Shown here piece after piece: positions 27,891 through 40,952 of a DNA stretch of 64,000 nt; position 1 is the stretch's first letter; the number at the start of each line of letters is the position of its first letter. The position numbers were made by a program, and so were the translations under genes. Source of the DNA: Octopus sinensis. Lineage: Eukaryota. Where the stretch lies: assembly GCF_006345805.1 (NCBI RefSeq), contig NC_043007.1, forward strand, positions 69,502,001-69,566,000. Direction: 5' to 3'. Under the pieces are notes generated by a model that saw only the letters and a list, made by a program, of their open reading frames with translations, was not told the DNA's origin and ran no database searches.

Positions 27891-28048
27891 CTTTATTTTA
27901 AGCAGCAGAAAATTCAACAAAATCTGTTACTCTGAGTTTCTCGTTGCCGTTCATCAGACAGTTTTTGCTAGCAAAAACTGTCTGATGAACGGCAACGAGA
28001 AACTCAGAGTAACAGATTTTGTTGAATTTTCTGCTGCTTAAAATAAAG
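27891..28048. repeat. Perfect 158-bp palindrome (copy 2), with HHR motifs at 27973-28020 (+) and 27919-27966 (-)
   Basis: Identical to copy 1, offset 273 bp. Confidence 0.95.
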
Positions 28049-28080
<32 letters not shown>

Positions 28081-28311
28081 GTATATATAGTTATCCGTAA
28101 TAATGAAGGGTGAAATTAATTAATTTGGACTAATTATCAATTACACCAAGTAGTCTTCGGCATGTAAAAGCCTCATTCGAGAAAAATTTAAGTAATCACA
28201 CTTTGAGTTTGGTGATACTAGTTGCGGATTCTAGCTCGCTCTGATACTGAGTTGAGTTGGTGCCTTCTAGTATCTCAAAATTCAATATATAATCATTTAT
28301 GATTATAGTAT

Positions 28312-28411
28312 TCTACGCTGAAGAGAAAAGAAGTTTGGGTAAGGTAGAATTATTTAACATTTAATTCTTATGCTTTCCTAAAAACTTGATTTCGAAACGT
28401 GCGTCCGTAGA
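28312..28411 (+). ncRNA. Type I hammerhead ribozyme with extended stem II
   Basis: tctacg-CTGAAGA-gaaa..aagttt......aaactt..tttc-GAAA-cgtgc-GTC/cgtaga. Perfect 6-bp stem I, predicted cleavage after 28405. Confidence 0.85.
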
Positions 28412-28907
28412 TAACTTAAAATTGTATGATGGATTGCCGTCAATTCATTCTCTCTTACCTGTTTGTGTCTGCCTTCCAATTGCTGTGTTTTTTACTGAGA
28501 TCTCCCTTTTTAGTAGAAGAAATAGCTATAACTCTTTGACTGCTATTTCTAAATTCGGTCTGTGGTAAGGCAATTCGTTGCTAAACCCTTTATTGCTTAG
28601 TATTACTTAAATTTTCCTCGAATGAGGCTTTTACATGCCGAAGACTACTTGGTGTAATTGATAATTATTCCAAATTAATTAATTTCACCCTTCATTATTA
28701 CGGATAACCATATTTTATCTCAGTAGATGACCATAGCATCTTGTTTTGGCTACACGCGGGTGGGAAGGGGCTGGTGACACAATCCTTTCATTCACACTTT
28801 GAGTTTGGTGATACTAGTTGCGGATTCTAGCTCGCTCTGATACTGAGTTGAGTTGGTGCCTTCTAGTATCTCAAAATTCAATATATAATCATTTATGATT
28901 ATAGTAT

Positions 28908-29007
28908 TCTACGCTGAAGAGAAAAGAAGTTTGGGTAAGGTAGAATTATTTAACATTTAATTCTTATGCTTTCCTAAAAACTTGATTTCGAAACGTGCGT
29001 CCGTAGA
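28908..29007 (+). ncRNA. Type I hammerhead ribozyme (second identical copy)
   Basis: Identical to 28312-28411 at +596. Confidence 0.85.
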
Positions 29008-29202
29008 TAACTTAAAATTGTATGATGGATTGCCGTCAATTCATTCTCTCTTACCTGTTTGTGTCTGCCTTCCAATTGCTGTGTTTTTTACTGAGATCTC
29101 CCTTTTTAGTAGAAGAAATAGCTATAACTCTTTGACTGCTATTTCTAAATTCGGTCTGTGGTAAGGCAATTCGTTGCTAAACCCTTTATTGCTTAGTATA
29201 TG

Positions 29203-29238
<36 letters not shown>

Positions 29239-30199
29239 TGTATGTATGTATGTATGTATGTACAGATAGATAGATATATATATAGATATATATACACAGG
29301 GAGAGAGAGAGAGGGGAGCAGACCAGTCAGAGGGTGGTTCTTATATACACAAATTTATATATATACCTTTAGGGGCATCGTAGCTGTGTGGTAAGAAGCT
29401 TGCTTCCCAACCACATGTTTCCTGGTTCCATCCTCTTGACCGAAATTGAAAGAATGCATAACACTTATTCCATAAATATTATCATGTTCTAAGCCCAAAA
29501 TTTCTTCGTATATTTTTACTTCAAATTTTATTACTTATGTTGAAACAAAACGGGCTTGTAATTTCAGAAGCGATGAAATAAAATATTGTGATGTTCATCT
29601 CTTTCTGAAAAACAAAAATAGCATAAATTGAAGACACCTTTTAGCTAAGGTCTTGTTCTATGACAATCGCTGAAAATCGTACGAAGTTAGACCAATGTAT
29701 CGATTATCAAAGACTCGCTTACCAGAAGATATCAACACGGATTAACTCACGGGCGCACTGTTTGTTCTCACTACTTTTTCTACCACTACTACGAAGGCCT
29801 CTTCTCCAACTAAAAAGCCTCTTCTTCATATGGCCCTTCACTGCAGTCGTACACATTTCTTATAACCGAAAGCTGAAAACCTGAGCAGAATCATGATCCT
29901 GTAGTTATGAAAATACCCTCGCACTGGTGTCCATTGCGTGACATCTTTAGCAGACTCGCATCATTCAACGCTTTATGAGTAAAATTTGGCAGAGAGAACC
30001 TGTATGCTATCCCTTTCAAGCAACTTTTTTTTTTATCAGTGGTATAGAATTAATCTGTTGTTCGGTTTCACACGATCGCTGACCATTGGTGAAGCAAGAT
30101 CTTTATCACCTCTCCCACTGTCAAAGGTTTGCGTAGAATCGCGAAGTTTGTGAACTTGACTTTAAAATGTTTAAATATTACAATAGAAAATTATCGGAA

Positions 30200-31880
30200 A
30201 GGCAGCGAGCTGGCAGAAACGTTAGCACGCCCGGCAAAGTGCGGAGCCGTATTTCGTCTGCCGCTACGTTCTGAGTTCAAATTCCGGCGAGGTCGACTTT
30301 GCCTTTCATCAATTCGGGGTCGAAAAATTAAGTACCAGTTACGCACTGGGGTCGATGTAATCGACTTACTCCGTTTGTCTGTCCTTGTTTGACCCCTCTG
30401 TTTGTAGCCTCTTGTGGGCGATAAAGAAATAAATAGAAAATTATAGGCTGCGAATATACCTGTATGAAAGTATAAAGATTTTCTTTTCACACATAAAGCG
30501 TTATTATTATCTTTTCACTAAATACTGCGTATCCATGATTAGACTGACTCAGATCAAATTAAACAGTTCCAATCGAAACGGACCTCGCAATACTCACAAA
30601 ACCTTCTTTCTAGTTCATAGCTATAACAAATAACATTCGTAAACTAATTGGAAATGGCACCAAATTACAAAGCCAGCAATTCAAAAACTATTGGTAACTA
30701 ATGGTTTCTGATTAGTAACTAATGGTTTCTGATTAATGACTAATAGTTTCTAAGAGGGGAGTTGGACGATACTATCGAGCCAATACTTGAATGGTACTTT
30801 ATTTTATCGAAGGCGGCAAGCTGGCAGAAACGTTAGCACGCCGGACGAAATGCGTAGCAGTATTTCGTCTGCCGTTATGTTCTGAGTTCAAATTCCGCCG
30901 AGGTCGACTTCGCCTTTCATCCTTTCGGGGTCGATAAATTAAGTACCAGTTACGCACTGGGGTTGATATAATCAACTTAATCCCTTTATCTGTCCTTGTT
31001 TGTCCTCTCTGTGTTTATCCCCTTGTGGGTAATAAAGAAATAGGTATTTCGTCTGCCGTTACGTTCTGAGTTCAAATTCCGCCGAGGTCGACTTTGCCCT
31101 TCATCCTTTCGGGGTCGATTAAATAAGAACCAGTTACGCACTGGGGTCGATATAATCGACTTAATCCATTTGTCTGTCCTTGTTTGTCCCCTCTGTGTTT
31201 AGCCCCTTGTGGGTAGTAAAGAAATAGGTACTTTATTTTATCGGTTCCGAAAAGATAAAAGGCAAAATTGACCGCACTACCCCAGTACTTATTTTTTTAA
31301 AGCTTGCTATTTATTCTATGCTGAACCTGCGAGTTCTAAAAAAAGATATATCATCCAAATGGATATATCTCGCAAAACAAAATAAAAATAGCACATGTCG
31401 TATTACACATCGGAAATAGTCAAGTTAAAAAAAGCAGAAAGAACAATTCAGAAACAACATAGAACTTAATATATTGACATTACCCATAAGTGAAACAAAA
31501 TTAAGCATCTAAAAATAACAGAAAACTGGCAAATATTTGTCGCCAACTAAAACCAGATAACTAAAAATAAAACGTTAGAATTAGCGTCACCCGTTATATG
31601 ACGGGTAGCTTTTGAAATGTACGCTTACCGTCAATATGTAATATTTGAGAGCGGCGAGCTGACAGAATCGTTATCACGCCGAGCGAAATGCTTAGCGATA
31701 TTTCGTCTGCCGTTACGTTCTGAGTTCAAATTCCTCTGATGTCGACTTTGCTTTTCATCATTTCGGGGTCGATTAAATAAGTACCAGTTACGCACTGGGG
31801 TCGATGTAATCGACTTAATCCGTTTGTCTGTCCTTGTTTTCCCCCTCTGTGTTTAGCCCATTGTGGGCAATAAAGAAATA
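30200..31880 (+). mobile_element. Cluster of SINE family A copies (about 30200-30430, 30810-31230 tandem, 31650-31880)
   Basis: Near-identical family A head and tail. Confidence 0.85.
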
Positions 31881-31924
31881 AATATGTAATATCTGAAAAT
31901 ATAGGATAATCGTTTTCTTTCTTA

Positions 31925-32117
31925 AACTTGTTTCAGTCGTTAGACTGCGACCAAGCTGGGGCACAACCTTGAGAAATTTTAGTCGAATTAATCGACCCTA
32001 GGACTTGTTTTCTTTTTAAGCCTGGTACTTATTTTATCGGAGTCATTTGCCGAACCTCTATGTTACGGAGAGGTAAGCTCACCAGCACCTGCTATCAAGC
32101 GGTGGTGGGACACACAT

Positions 32118-32160
<43 letters not shown>

Positions 32161-32801
32161 AGCACACACACACACATACACACATACACACACGCATACG
32201 CACACACACACACATACATATACATATGTATGTATACGACGGGCTTCTTTTAGTTTCCGCCTACCAAATCCACTCACAAAGTTTCGATCGACTCGTAGAA
32301 GACAGTAGAAGACTGCCCATGGTTCCATGCAAAGGGACTTGAACCCAGAATAATGAGGTTGGAAAGCAAAATTCTTACTACATAATAATTATTACGATAA
32401 TTATTATTTAACTTTTATCAAATTTCTTGATGCTTATACAAAATAATGAATACTAATTTTCGAAAGAAACATTAAGTTAAATTAAAATTAAATAAAAGGA
32501 ATTTCTAATTTGAATATTTGCAATAAAAATATTTCATTTTTTAAATTTTATCAATATAATTGCGTAGGCGTGGCTGTGTGGTAAGAAGATTGCTTCCTAA
32601 CTACATGGTTCTGGGGTCAGTCCCTTTGCATAGCACCTTGGACGAGTGTCTTCTGCTATAGCCACGAGCCTACCAAAACCTTGAAGACGGATTTAGTTAA
32701 TAAAATCTGAAAGAAGCCTGTCATATATACACATGTGTGTTGTGTGTGCGCGTTTGTGTGTGCCTCTTGTGTGTGTGTGCGCGCGCACGTCTGCGTGTGC
32801 C

Positions 32802-32833
<32 letters not shown>

Positions 32834-33040
32834 TGTGCGTCCGTGTTTGTCCGCCACCACCACTTTACAATGGGTACTGGTGCGTTTATGTCCCCGTAAC
32901 TTAGCGGTTCGGCAAAACAGATCGACAGAATAAGTATCAGGCTTTAAAAAAAACAAAAAAGAAGTACTGATGTCGATTCTTCAAAGCAATGCCCCTGCAT
33001 GGCCGCAGCTTTATGGCTGAAACAAGTATAAGATAAAAAA
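31925..33040. mobile_element. Two CORE-type SINEs in divergent orientation (- 31925-32390, + 32565-33040) with internal (CA/TG)n
   Basis: Head gtggctgtgtggtaag, CORE-like gcaccttggacgagtgtctt, and shared tail aataagta...catggccgcag. Confidence 0.75.
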
Positions 33041-34300
33041 ATGAAAGATAATGACAATTTACTCCAAAAACCTACCTCTGGAACTAGACATATAAACGCT
33101 TAGTTATACGTTTTTAATTTAAAATATTTTTTATTCATAAATATCTTCGAAAAAATAAGAATTAAAGAAATAATGGTGAAATTTATATGATAATTGATTT
33201 AAAAATATGTATTTCTAATTTTTTTATTTGTTAATTATAATTTAAGATATGTATTTTTATTTAATTATTCTTGTTATTATAATTATTATATATGAACTAA
33301 AATCTAAAAGTATTATTTGTAGTTGTTTTGTGAATTAGTTTATAACGTAAAATATTATAGTATAGGAAGTGAAAAGTTTTTTTCTTTATATACTATTGAA
33401 TTTAATAATAATAATAAGTACTTTGTGTATTTTATCAATGAGGGAAATATTAGTTCTAGACATAAATTAATTTACTTTTATAATATGTTTAAATTATTTG
33501 TGAATATATTGCTGAAATATATACAAAATACTATTGCAGGGTTGTGGCTGCAACGTTGTTGATATAAGATATATTATAAGTCTACACATGTTTTGTATAG
33601 AGTTTAGTACATAGTATCGGATCAAATTAGATGTTCATTTAATTAATAAATTAATATATAATTTATTCAATTAATAAATATAGATTAAATTATAGTAATT
33701 TAGCTTAACTTAAGTATAAGATTTATTTTAAGTATTTTTATTTTAATTAATTGGACTCATATTTTTCCAGTAAAAATATACTATAGTTTGTTAAAATTAT
33801 TCTCAAAGCAAAAATATATCTTCACAGATAAAATACATATTTCTATCTATTTACTCTATTTTTTATACCTTAGGTTTTTAACATGATAAATGTATTATAG
33901 ACACCTGGTCCTACTTTTTAAGTTTCAAATTTAGTTTACGGAGTTTCTTCTATAAGAATAATCTTGTTTTTATTTCTTTAAGAAATATTGTTTAATTCTA
34001 TTTGATTATTTATGAAAAATATGTATTTATTTATTATTGTTATTATTGTTGACCTGAGGAGTGGCTATACTTTTAAATTGAATTGTTTTGGGATTAAATT
34101 TAAATTTAATTGTAATTCGTGAAGTTATAACCACGAGACGTACGTAGTCTTTTTCTTATTATATAATGTTTATTCTTCATTATGTGCTTTTTGTGATCTA
34201 GATATATGTTTTATAATATATTTTATTTTTTCTATATGATATGGTTTATATCTATCATTGTTTGAATTACATAATAGTGTTTTTTCTCTAATTTATATAC
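33040..34300. mobile_element. Very AT-rich decayed element with HHR relic, possibly Penelope-like
   Basis: HHR-like motif at 34051-34149. No protein motif was confidently recovered. Confidence 0.35.
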
Positions 34301-35176
34301 ATTATACACACGCACACACACACACATATATATATATATATACTACTAATATAGGATAAAGATTTTTTACTGAAAAAATTCATCAAAAAGTGGCAGCATA
34401 TTAAAATACATTTAAAGGTTAAAATTATAAACAACTTATAAACAAGGGCAAAAGAAAATTATTTCCATGCCAATATGTTAACAGACTTTTAAATCGTCAA
34501 TTTCCACATGTTATTATATACCCACTACAGAAGTACGTTGTGCTGAAATCGAGGAAAGCTAGCCAACAGAATTTTTTTTTTAAAAGTTCGTTATTTCTAT
34601 ATTGAATCAATTTCGGAATTAATCTCATACATCTTTTCCTCTTCAATAGAAAATACGAATAGATATAAATGAAATACTTACATGCACCCGTGGAAAAAAA
34701 GCCGAAGCAAAAGTCATGAGTACACATAAGTACCCCAGATATATCTAAATATAAAATCCTTTGGCTAGCCGCAGCACACGTGTGAACTGTTCTCTACCAC
34801 AGCTTATAGTGTTCACCAGTCCCTATAGGGAATAGTAATAAATCTATGACTAATATAGGATGAAGATTTTTTTACAGAAAAAATTCATCAAGAAAAAGTG
34901 GCAGCATATTAAAATACTTTAAAGGTTAAAATTATAAACAACTTATAAACAAGGCCAAAAGAAAATTTTTTTCCATGCCAATATGCTGATAACAGACTTT
35001 TAAATCATCAATTTCCACATGTTATTATATACCCACTACAGAAGTACGTTGTGCTGAAATCGAGGAAAGTAGTCAACAGGATTTTTTATTTAGATATATC
35101 TGGGGTACTTATGTGTACTCATGACTTTTACTTCGGCTTTTTCCATGGGCGCAAGTATTTCATTTATTTCTTATCG

Positions 35177-35240
35177 TATTCTCTACTGAAGAGGAAAAAA
35201 TCTATGAGATTAATTCCGAAATTGATTCAATATAGAAATA
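35177..35240 (+). ncRNA. Type I hammerhead ribozyme motif
   Basis: tattctcta-CTGAAGA-ggaa...ttcc-GAAA-ttga(t)tcaa-TA/tagaaata. Predicted cleavage after 35232. A minus-strand copy at about 34592-34656 has core TTGAAGA. Confidence 0.75.
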
Positions 35241-35269
35241 ACGAACTTTAAAAAAAATATCTTGGAAGC

Positions 35270-35640
35270 ACAGTAAACTTTAAGTGTAATTTTATTGACG
35301 ACATCAATGTTAGAATCTTTTAGCTCCAAATGCTTTTGGGAAATTTTCCCATTGTACGTGGGATGAGCATGGTGTCAGTCAGAAAACTAAAATAAGTGTA
35401 TACAAATCTTGTATTTTGAGCACACTTTTGAAGCAAAAGGATAGACACCCTACTACAAACATATAAAGAAACTTGAAACCTTTCGTAAATGCTGTCTGCG
35501 AAATATCTGCAACAGAAAATGGCAAGATAAGATACCAAATGTCAAAATCTTAGAAAAATATGACATCTCCAATATTAAAAGCATGCTACTGAGAATTCAG
35601 TGTAGACGGCTATGACATGTTGTTCGAATGAAAGATAACC
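35270..35640 (+). mobile_element. RTE LINE 3' remnant, same family as 13300-13640
   Basis: catataaagaaacttgaaac...caaatgtcaaaatcttagaaaaat is shared with 13455-13560. Confidence 0.75.
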
Positions 35641-35654
35641 GCAATATATATATA

Positions 35655-36937
35655 CAGGGTGCCCTCAAAGTCTGTGGGTACATGGAGTAAATAAAATCAT
35701 AACATAAACAATTAAATATAAGAAATAATAATTTTCCTTTTTTTACTTTTGTTTAAATTAAATTTAAAAAATACTTTACTTTTCTAAATTTATTTATGTT
35801 ATTTTTTCTACCCAGGTTGAATGATGGCTCTGTCTATAGTAGAAAGAATCAAATTAGTACTCTTAAGTGGGCGAGAGGGATGGTCTTATCGCAAAATTGC
35901 GGAAGAATTTAATCTTCGACACCCTTATAGGCAACCTATTTATTTTACTGCCGTCGGGAAATTGATCAAGAACTTTAAAGAAACAGGCTGTGTTTTGGAT
36001 AAACTCTCTTCCGGGTGACCAAAGACTTCAGGTGAAATGAAAGAGGCTGTCATGGCTAAGCCCAAAGAAATCACTTCGTCGGACATCCACGGTGTTAGGT
36101 GTTCCAAAATCAACCATCCACAAAATCCTGGTTGAGGAAAAGTTTCATCGATACAAGATACAGATATTGTATCACTTAAATGAAGACGGCCCTGATAGAC
36201 GAATGCAGATGTGCCAATGGTTTTCAGATAAATTAGATGAAAATATCAATTTTACAAAAAACTTTGTGTTGTTTAGTGATGAAGCTACGTTTTATGTAAA
36301 TGGTGAGGTCAACAGACAGAACCTTCGATACTGGTCTCGAGGTAATCCACTTTGGATGGATCCATCCAAACAGCAAGGCAGCAAAAAGGTGATATTTGGT
36401 GTGGTTTGTGGAAAGCTCATATGCTAAGACCCTTCTGCTTTGATGAACATGTAACGGGTGAGACATATTTAAACAGGTTGAGAGACAAATTAATACCTCA
36501 AATTGAGCGCCTAGGTGAGGGACTTCCGAATTGGGTTCAGCAGAATGGGGCCCATGCCCATTTTGTCACAACTGTTGGAGATTGGCTTAATGACACTTTT
36601 CCTCACTGGATTGGAAGAAGGGGTCATGTGGAATGGCCCCCCTCGTTCACCAGACCTTTCTCCCCTTGACTTCTTTTTGTGAGGTATGTTGAAAGAGAAG
36701 GTTTACTCAATAAAGATTACAGATTTAAACTACATGAGAGAACACTTTACCAGTCAGTGTGCTGAAATTGAAGGCAATGTAGACTTATTTAATCGAGTTC
36801 ACCTGAATTTTGCAAGGAGCATCAAATTATGCACTGAAAATGATGGAAATCATTTTGAAAATATTATTTATTAACATTAAAATTAAATAAAATTGTTTTG
36901 TTTTAAAAGTATGTGTTAATTCCCATGTACCCAGTCT
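35655..36937 (+). mobile_element. rosa-like (DD41D-type) Tc1/mariner element, decayed
   Basis: LSIVERIKLVLL...FKETG N-terminus; FSDEATF; QQNGA...WIGRRG.VEWPP(fs)SPDLSPLDFFL with 40-residue spacing. Left TIR cagggtgccc...gggtacatgg, partial right TIR ccatgtaccc. Confidence 0.85.
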
Positions 36938-37171
36938 ATATATATTTACAACTTCAATATCCATACATATCTTGCATCTATTTTCTTTCCTCCACCTCAC
37001 TCTCCATTTTGTATCATATCTAAACTAACTATGACCTAACCATCCTCTCACACCGTCTCCGATGAAGGGATATAATTAATAAATATCCTAGAAACAGCTA
37101 TAAAACCTTCTATCTATAAATGCTCTAATATCTACGCAGCCTTGGTTTTTTTAATCTATTACGCAAAAATT

Positions 37172-37214
<43 letters not shown>

Positions 37215-37386
37215 AATATAAGAGAGTGGTCACTATATGGCTCATAGTGCACCTCTTTATATTATTTGTAAAAATATTAAAATATTATAAAATATATAAT
37301 AATCCAGGTTTCTCGGAGCACTAGGCCACTTGGTGTTGAATGATATACTATTAAAAGTATCTAATCCTCACCCTATAATTAATTAG

Positions 37387-37506
<120 letters not shown>

Positions 37507-37514
37507 CGTTCTTC

Positions 37515-37805
37515 GTGCTGATCATCAGAAAAAAGTCCGGCGTGAGGGATGTCATCGCAGAGTATACACGCAGCAAATTTAGTTGGGCTGGACACGTCGC
37601 CCGGCTCACCCATAATCGGTGGACCCGCGCAGTTTTCGAGTGGTACCCGCGCGAGCGGAAACGACCACCCGGAAGGTGGAGTTACGATTGAGGAGGACGA
37701 TTGGGATCACGTGGATGAGAAAGGCGCGATCCAGAGAGGAGTGGACAGCGTGCTGTGACCAGCGGCGTCAAATGGAAGCCTGACGGACTGGTCGGTCAAG
37801 GTGAT
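37515..37805 (+). mobile_element. RTE-1-like LINE 3' end
   Basis: IRKKSGVRDVIAEYTRSKFSWAGHVARLTHNRWTRAVFEWYPRERKRP. Confidence 0.8.
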
Positions 37806-38542
37806 CATGGTGCTATATATATATATATATATATATATAAACCTCTAATGTTTTCCCTTTTGTCTTGTTCTTATTCTGTCTTCTTTTATTGTACAGGTAC
37901 AGGCGTAAACGCATGTGCAGATAGGGTTACATGCCACAGAAAGGCAAAATGGAGACAGGACAAGACTAGAGATGAGTAGAGACACTAGGAGCATAAAGTC
38001 ACAGAAGAGATCACAGAATGTGTAACGGAAGAAATCTGATAATAAATCTAGTAACGCGTGTGTTTATTGGCAAAAAAAAAAAGAAAGAAAATGACCATCA
38101 CGAAATATAAAAATATTTATTTCAACACAAGCTTTCACATCAAGAGTCTTGCAAAACACATACAAAAAACGAACATAGAAAGTGCCATTCGGCAATAAGA
38201 CAACATCAGAGATGACATGTGAAGAACTAACGCTAACGGGAAAATGTCCTACATGGCTTGGAATGGAAAGTAGAGAGATAGAAAGATGGAAAGAAAGGTG
38301 GGATACTGGTGGAATTGACAGAAAGATAGAGCAAAAAGTGGAAGAAATGGAAAGAATGTGAAGAAAGGGAGCAGATAGAAAGAAAGAAAGATATGCAGAC
38401 AGAGATAGACAGGATTGCAGAGAGAAAGAAAGGAAATAAAAGAGAGGTGCGTAGACAAGAGAGGAGAACGATGTAAAATGGTAAAGTGAAGAGAGTAGAC
38501 AGAAAAAGCAACATAGAGGTAAAATGTATACATATATATATA

Positions 38543-38575
<33 letters not shown>

Positions 38576-38578
38576 CCT

Positions 38579-38632
<54 letters not shown>

Positions 38633-38729
38633 ATATATATATATTATATATATAATATATATATACCTTTATATATGTATATATATATAACATATATACC
38701 TTATATATGTATATATATATACATATACA

Positions 38730-39085
38730 GGTGCAAGAGTGGCTGTGTGGTAAGTAGCTTGCTAACCAACCACATGGTTCCGGGTTCAGTCCCACTGCGT
38801 GGCATCTTGGGCAAGTGTCTTCTGCTATAGCCCCGGGCCGACCAATGCCTTGTGAGTGGATTTGGTTGACGGAAACTGAAAGAAGCCTGTCGTATATATG
38901 TATATATATATATAAGTGTGTGTGTATATGTTTTTGTGTCTGTGTTTGTCCCCCAAGCATTGCTTGACAACCGATAGAATAAGTACTGGGCTTACAAAGA
39001 ATAAGTCCCGGGTCGATTTGCTCGACTAAAGGCGGTGCTCCAGCATGGCCGCAGTTAAATGACTGAAACAAGTAAAAGAGTAAAA
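38730..39085 (+). mobile_element. CORE-type tRNA-derived SINE, full length (OR-like)
   Basis: gtggctgtgtggtaagtagc...ggttccgggttcagtccc, CORE ggcatcttgggcaagtgtctt, internal (TA/TG)n, conserved tail. Confidence 0.85.
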
Positions 39086-39110
39086 GAATATACCTTTATA
39101 TATATATATT

Positions 39111-39148
<38 letters not shown>

Positions 39149-40023
39149 ATAATACCTATATATACCTTTGTATATACATATATATATACCTGTTCTTTAT
39201 TACCCACAAGGGGCTAAACACAGAGGGGACAAACAAGGACAGACAAACGGATTAAGTCGATTATATCGACCCCAGTGTGTAACTGGTACTTAATTTATCG
39301 ACCCCGAAAGGATGAAAGGCAAAGTTGACCTCGACCTATATAATACTTATATATACCTTTATATATACATAAGAATATATATAGGTATCACCTTACCGCT
39401 CTGTTGCCTTTATATATGTGTGTGTATAGATGTGTGTGTGTGTGTGTATATATAATTTATTTATATATATATATGTGTGTGTATAGACATGTATATGTGT
39501 GTGTGTATATATGTATATGTATGTATGTGTAAATATAAATATCTATGTATGTGTGTGTGTGTACTCGTACATTTAGAAACACATGTATGATATAGCGGTA
39601 ATGTATGTGCAGTCCTTTTTCTTTTTTTTTACTTTTTCATATTCGCTTGCACTAACTAACCTGCCCGACCAATATAACACCTGCACACATACTATCTCTC
39701 TCTCTCTCTTTCTCACACACACCACACTCTCTCTCTCTCTCTCCTTCCCCGCTCATCGTCTCTTCCTGCTCCTGCTACTCTGAGCCACCCGTGGTTCCAT
39801 CATTCATCATCACCACCACCACTACCCCCACCCTTCCGCTGTTGGTATTCTTCGTAAGCATTAATGTGCTCGGTGCATATCACTTAGGTTGCTCTTCCAC
39901 ATCGAACTACTACAATTACTACTACTACTACTACTACTACTACATATACGAGTAGTAGTGGTGGTGGTGGTGGTGGTGGTGGTGGTGGTGGTAGTAGTAG
40001 TAGTGGTGGTGGTGGTGGTGGTG

Positions 40024-40087
<64 letters not shown>

Positions 40088-40415
40088 TAAAGACCCAGGT
40101 AAACATGAGTTTGCGTGAAGATGTTTTATAGCTTTGTGCAAAATTGTTGTTGTTGATGTTGCCGTTTCTAGGCAACTTACCAAGCTCCGATTCTGTTATT
40201 TACCTCCTATACTCTCTCTTTCTCTTTCTCTTTCTCTTTCTCACTCCTTCTCTCTCTCCCTCTCGCTCTCTCTCTCGCTTATTATGTTTTGTTTTTTTCA
40301 AAGTCCTTTCTATTTTCTGATAAACAGTTTCATTCAATTAGCCTAAGACTTCAGCTGTCTGCATAAATCTGTGTACCAATCTGTCTCTTTAACTCCTCTC
40401 TCCTTTCCTCTGTCC

Positions 40416-40472
<57 letters not shown>

Positions 40473-40522
40473 GAGTATGCTTCTTTCGGATTTATGATTT
40501 TTACAAACGATATGTATGTATA

Positions 40523-40900
40523 TCTCTATATATATAAACGGCAGTTTGTCTGTGCGTGTTTCTGTGTGTCTGTTTGCTTGTACCCTCACCCTGACCACGG
40601 CTTTCAACCGATTTCGATGAAACTTGACACACACATAGCCCCATGTCATAATTCAAAACTAACGCAGCGAAAATTTTGAAAGTTCCCCCAGTCTGAAAAA
40701 AATCGATAAATTCGACATGGGGTCGAGAATCAGAAACACAAAACCCAAAACTGTCTAGGGGACGCAACTCACCTTTTTTAACTGTCAAAAAAAATTTACC
40801 ATAATTTTTTTCCATTTCTTGCTATTTTTGGCTATAACTCTCTAAAAATGTTTATAGTTATTTCCCTTACCAACCTGAGCAACGCCGGGCGATACTGCTA

Positions 40901-40901
<1 letters not shown>
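40523..40901 (+). mobile_element. Non-autonomous Helitron
   Basis: 5' TC (tctctatatatataaacgg), 3' hairpin cctgagcaacgccggg then CTAG at 40898-40901. Sits between A40522 and T40902 with no TSD. Confidence 0.8.

Positions 40902-40952
<51 letters not shown>

Larger units (their letters stand above)
28090..29199 (+). mobile_element. Penelope-pLTR or retrozyme-like non-coding element
   Basis: 107-bp inverted repeats (28090-28196 and 28602-28708, 2 mismatches). The 405-bp core 28197-28601 is repeated at 28793-29197, and each core carries an HHR. Confidence 0.75.
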
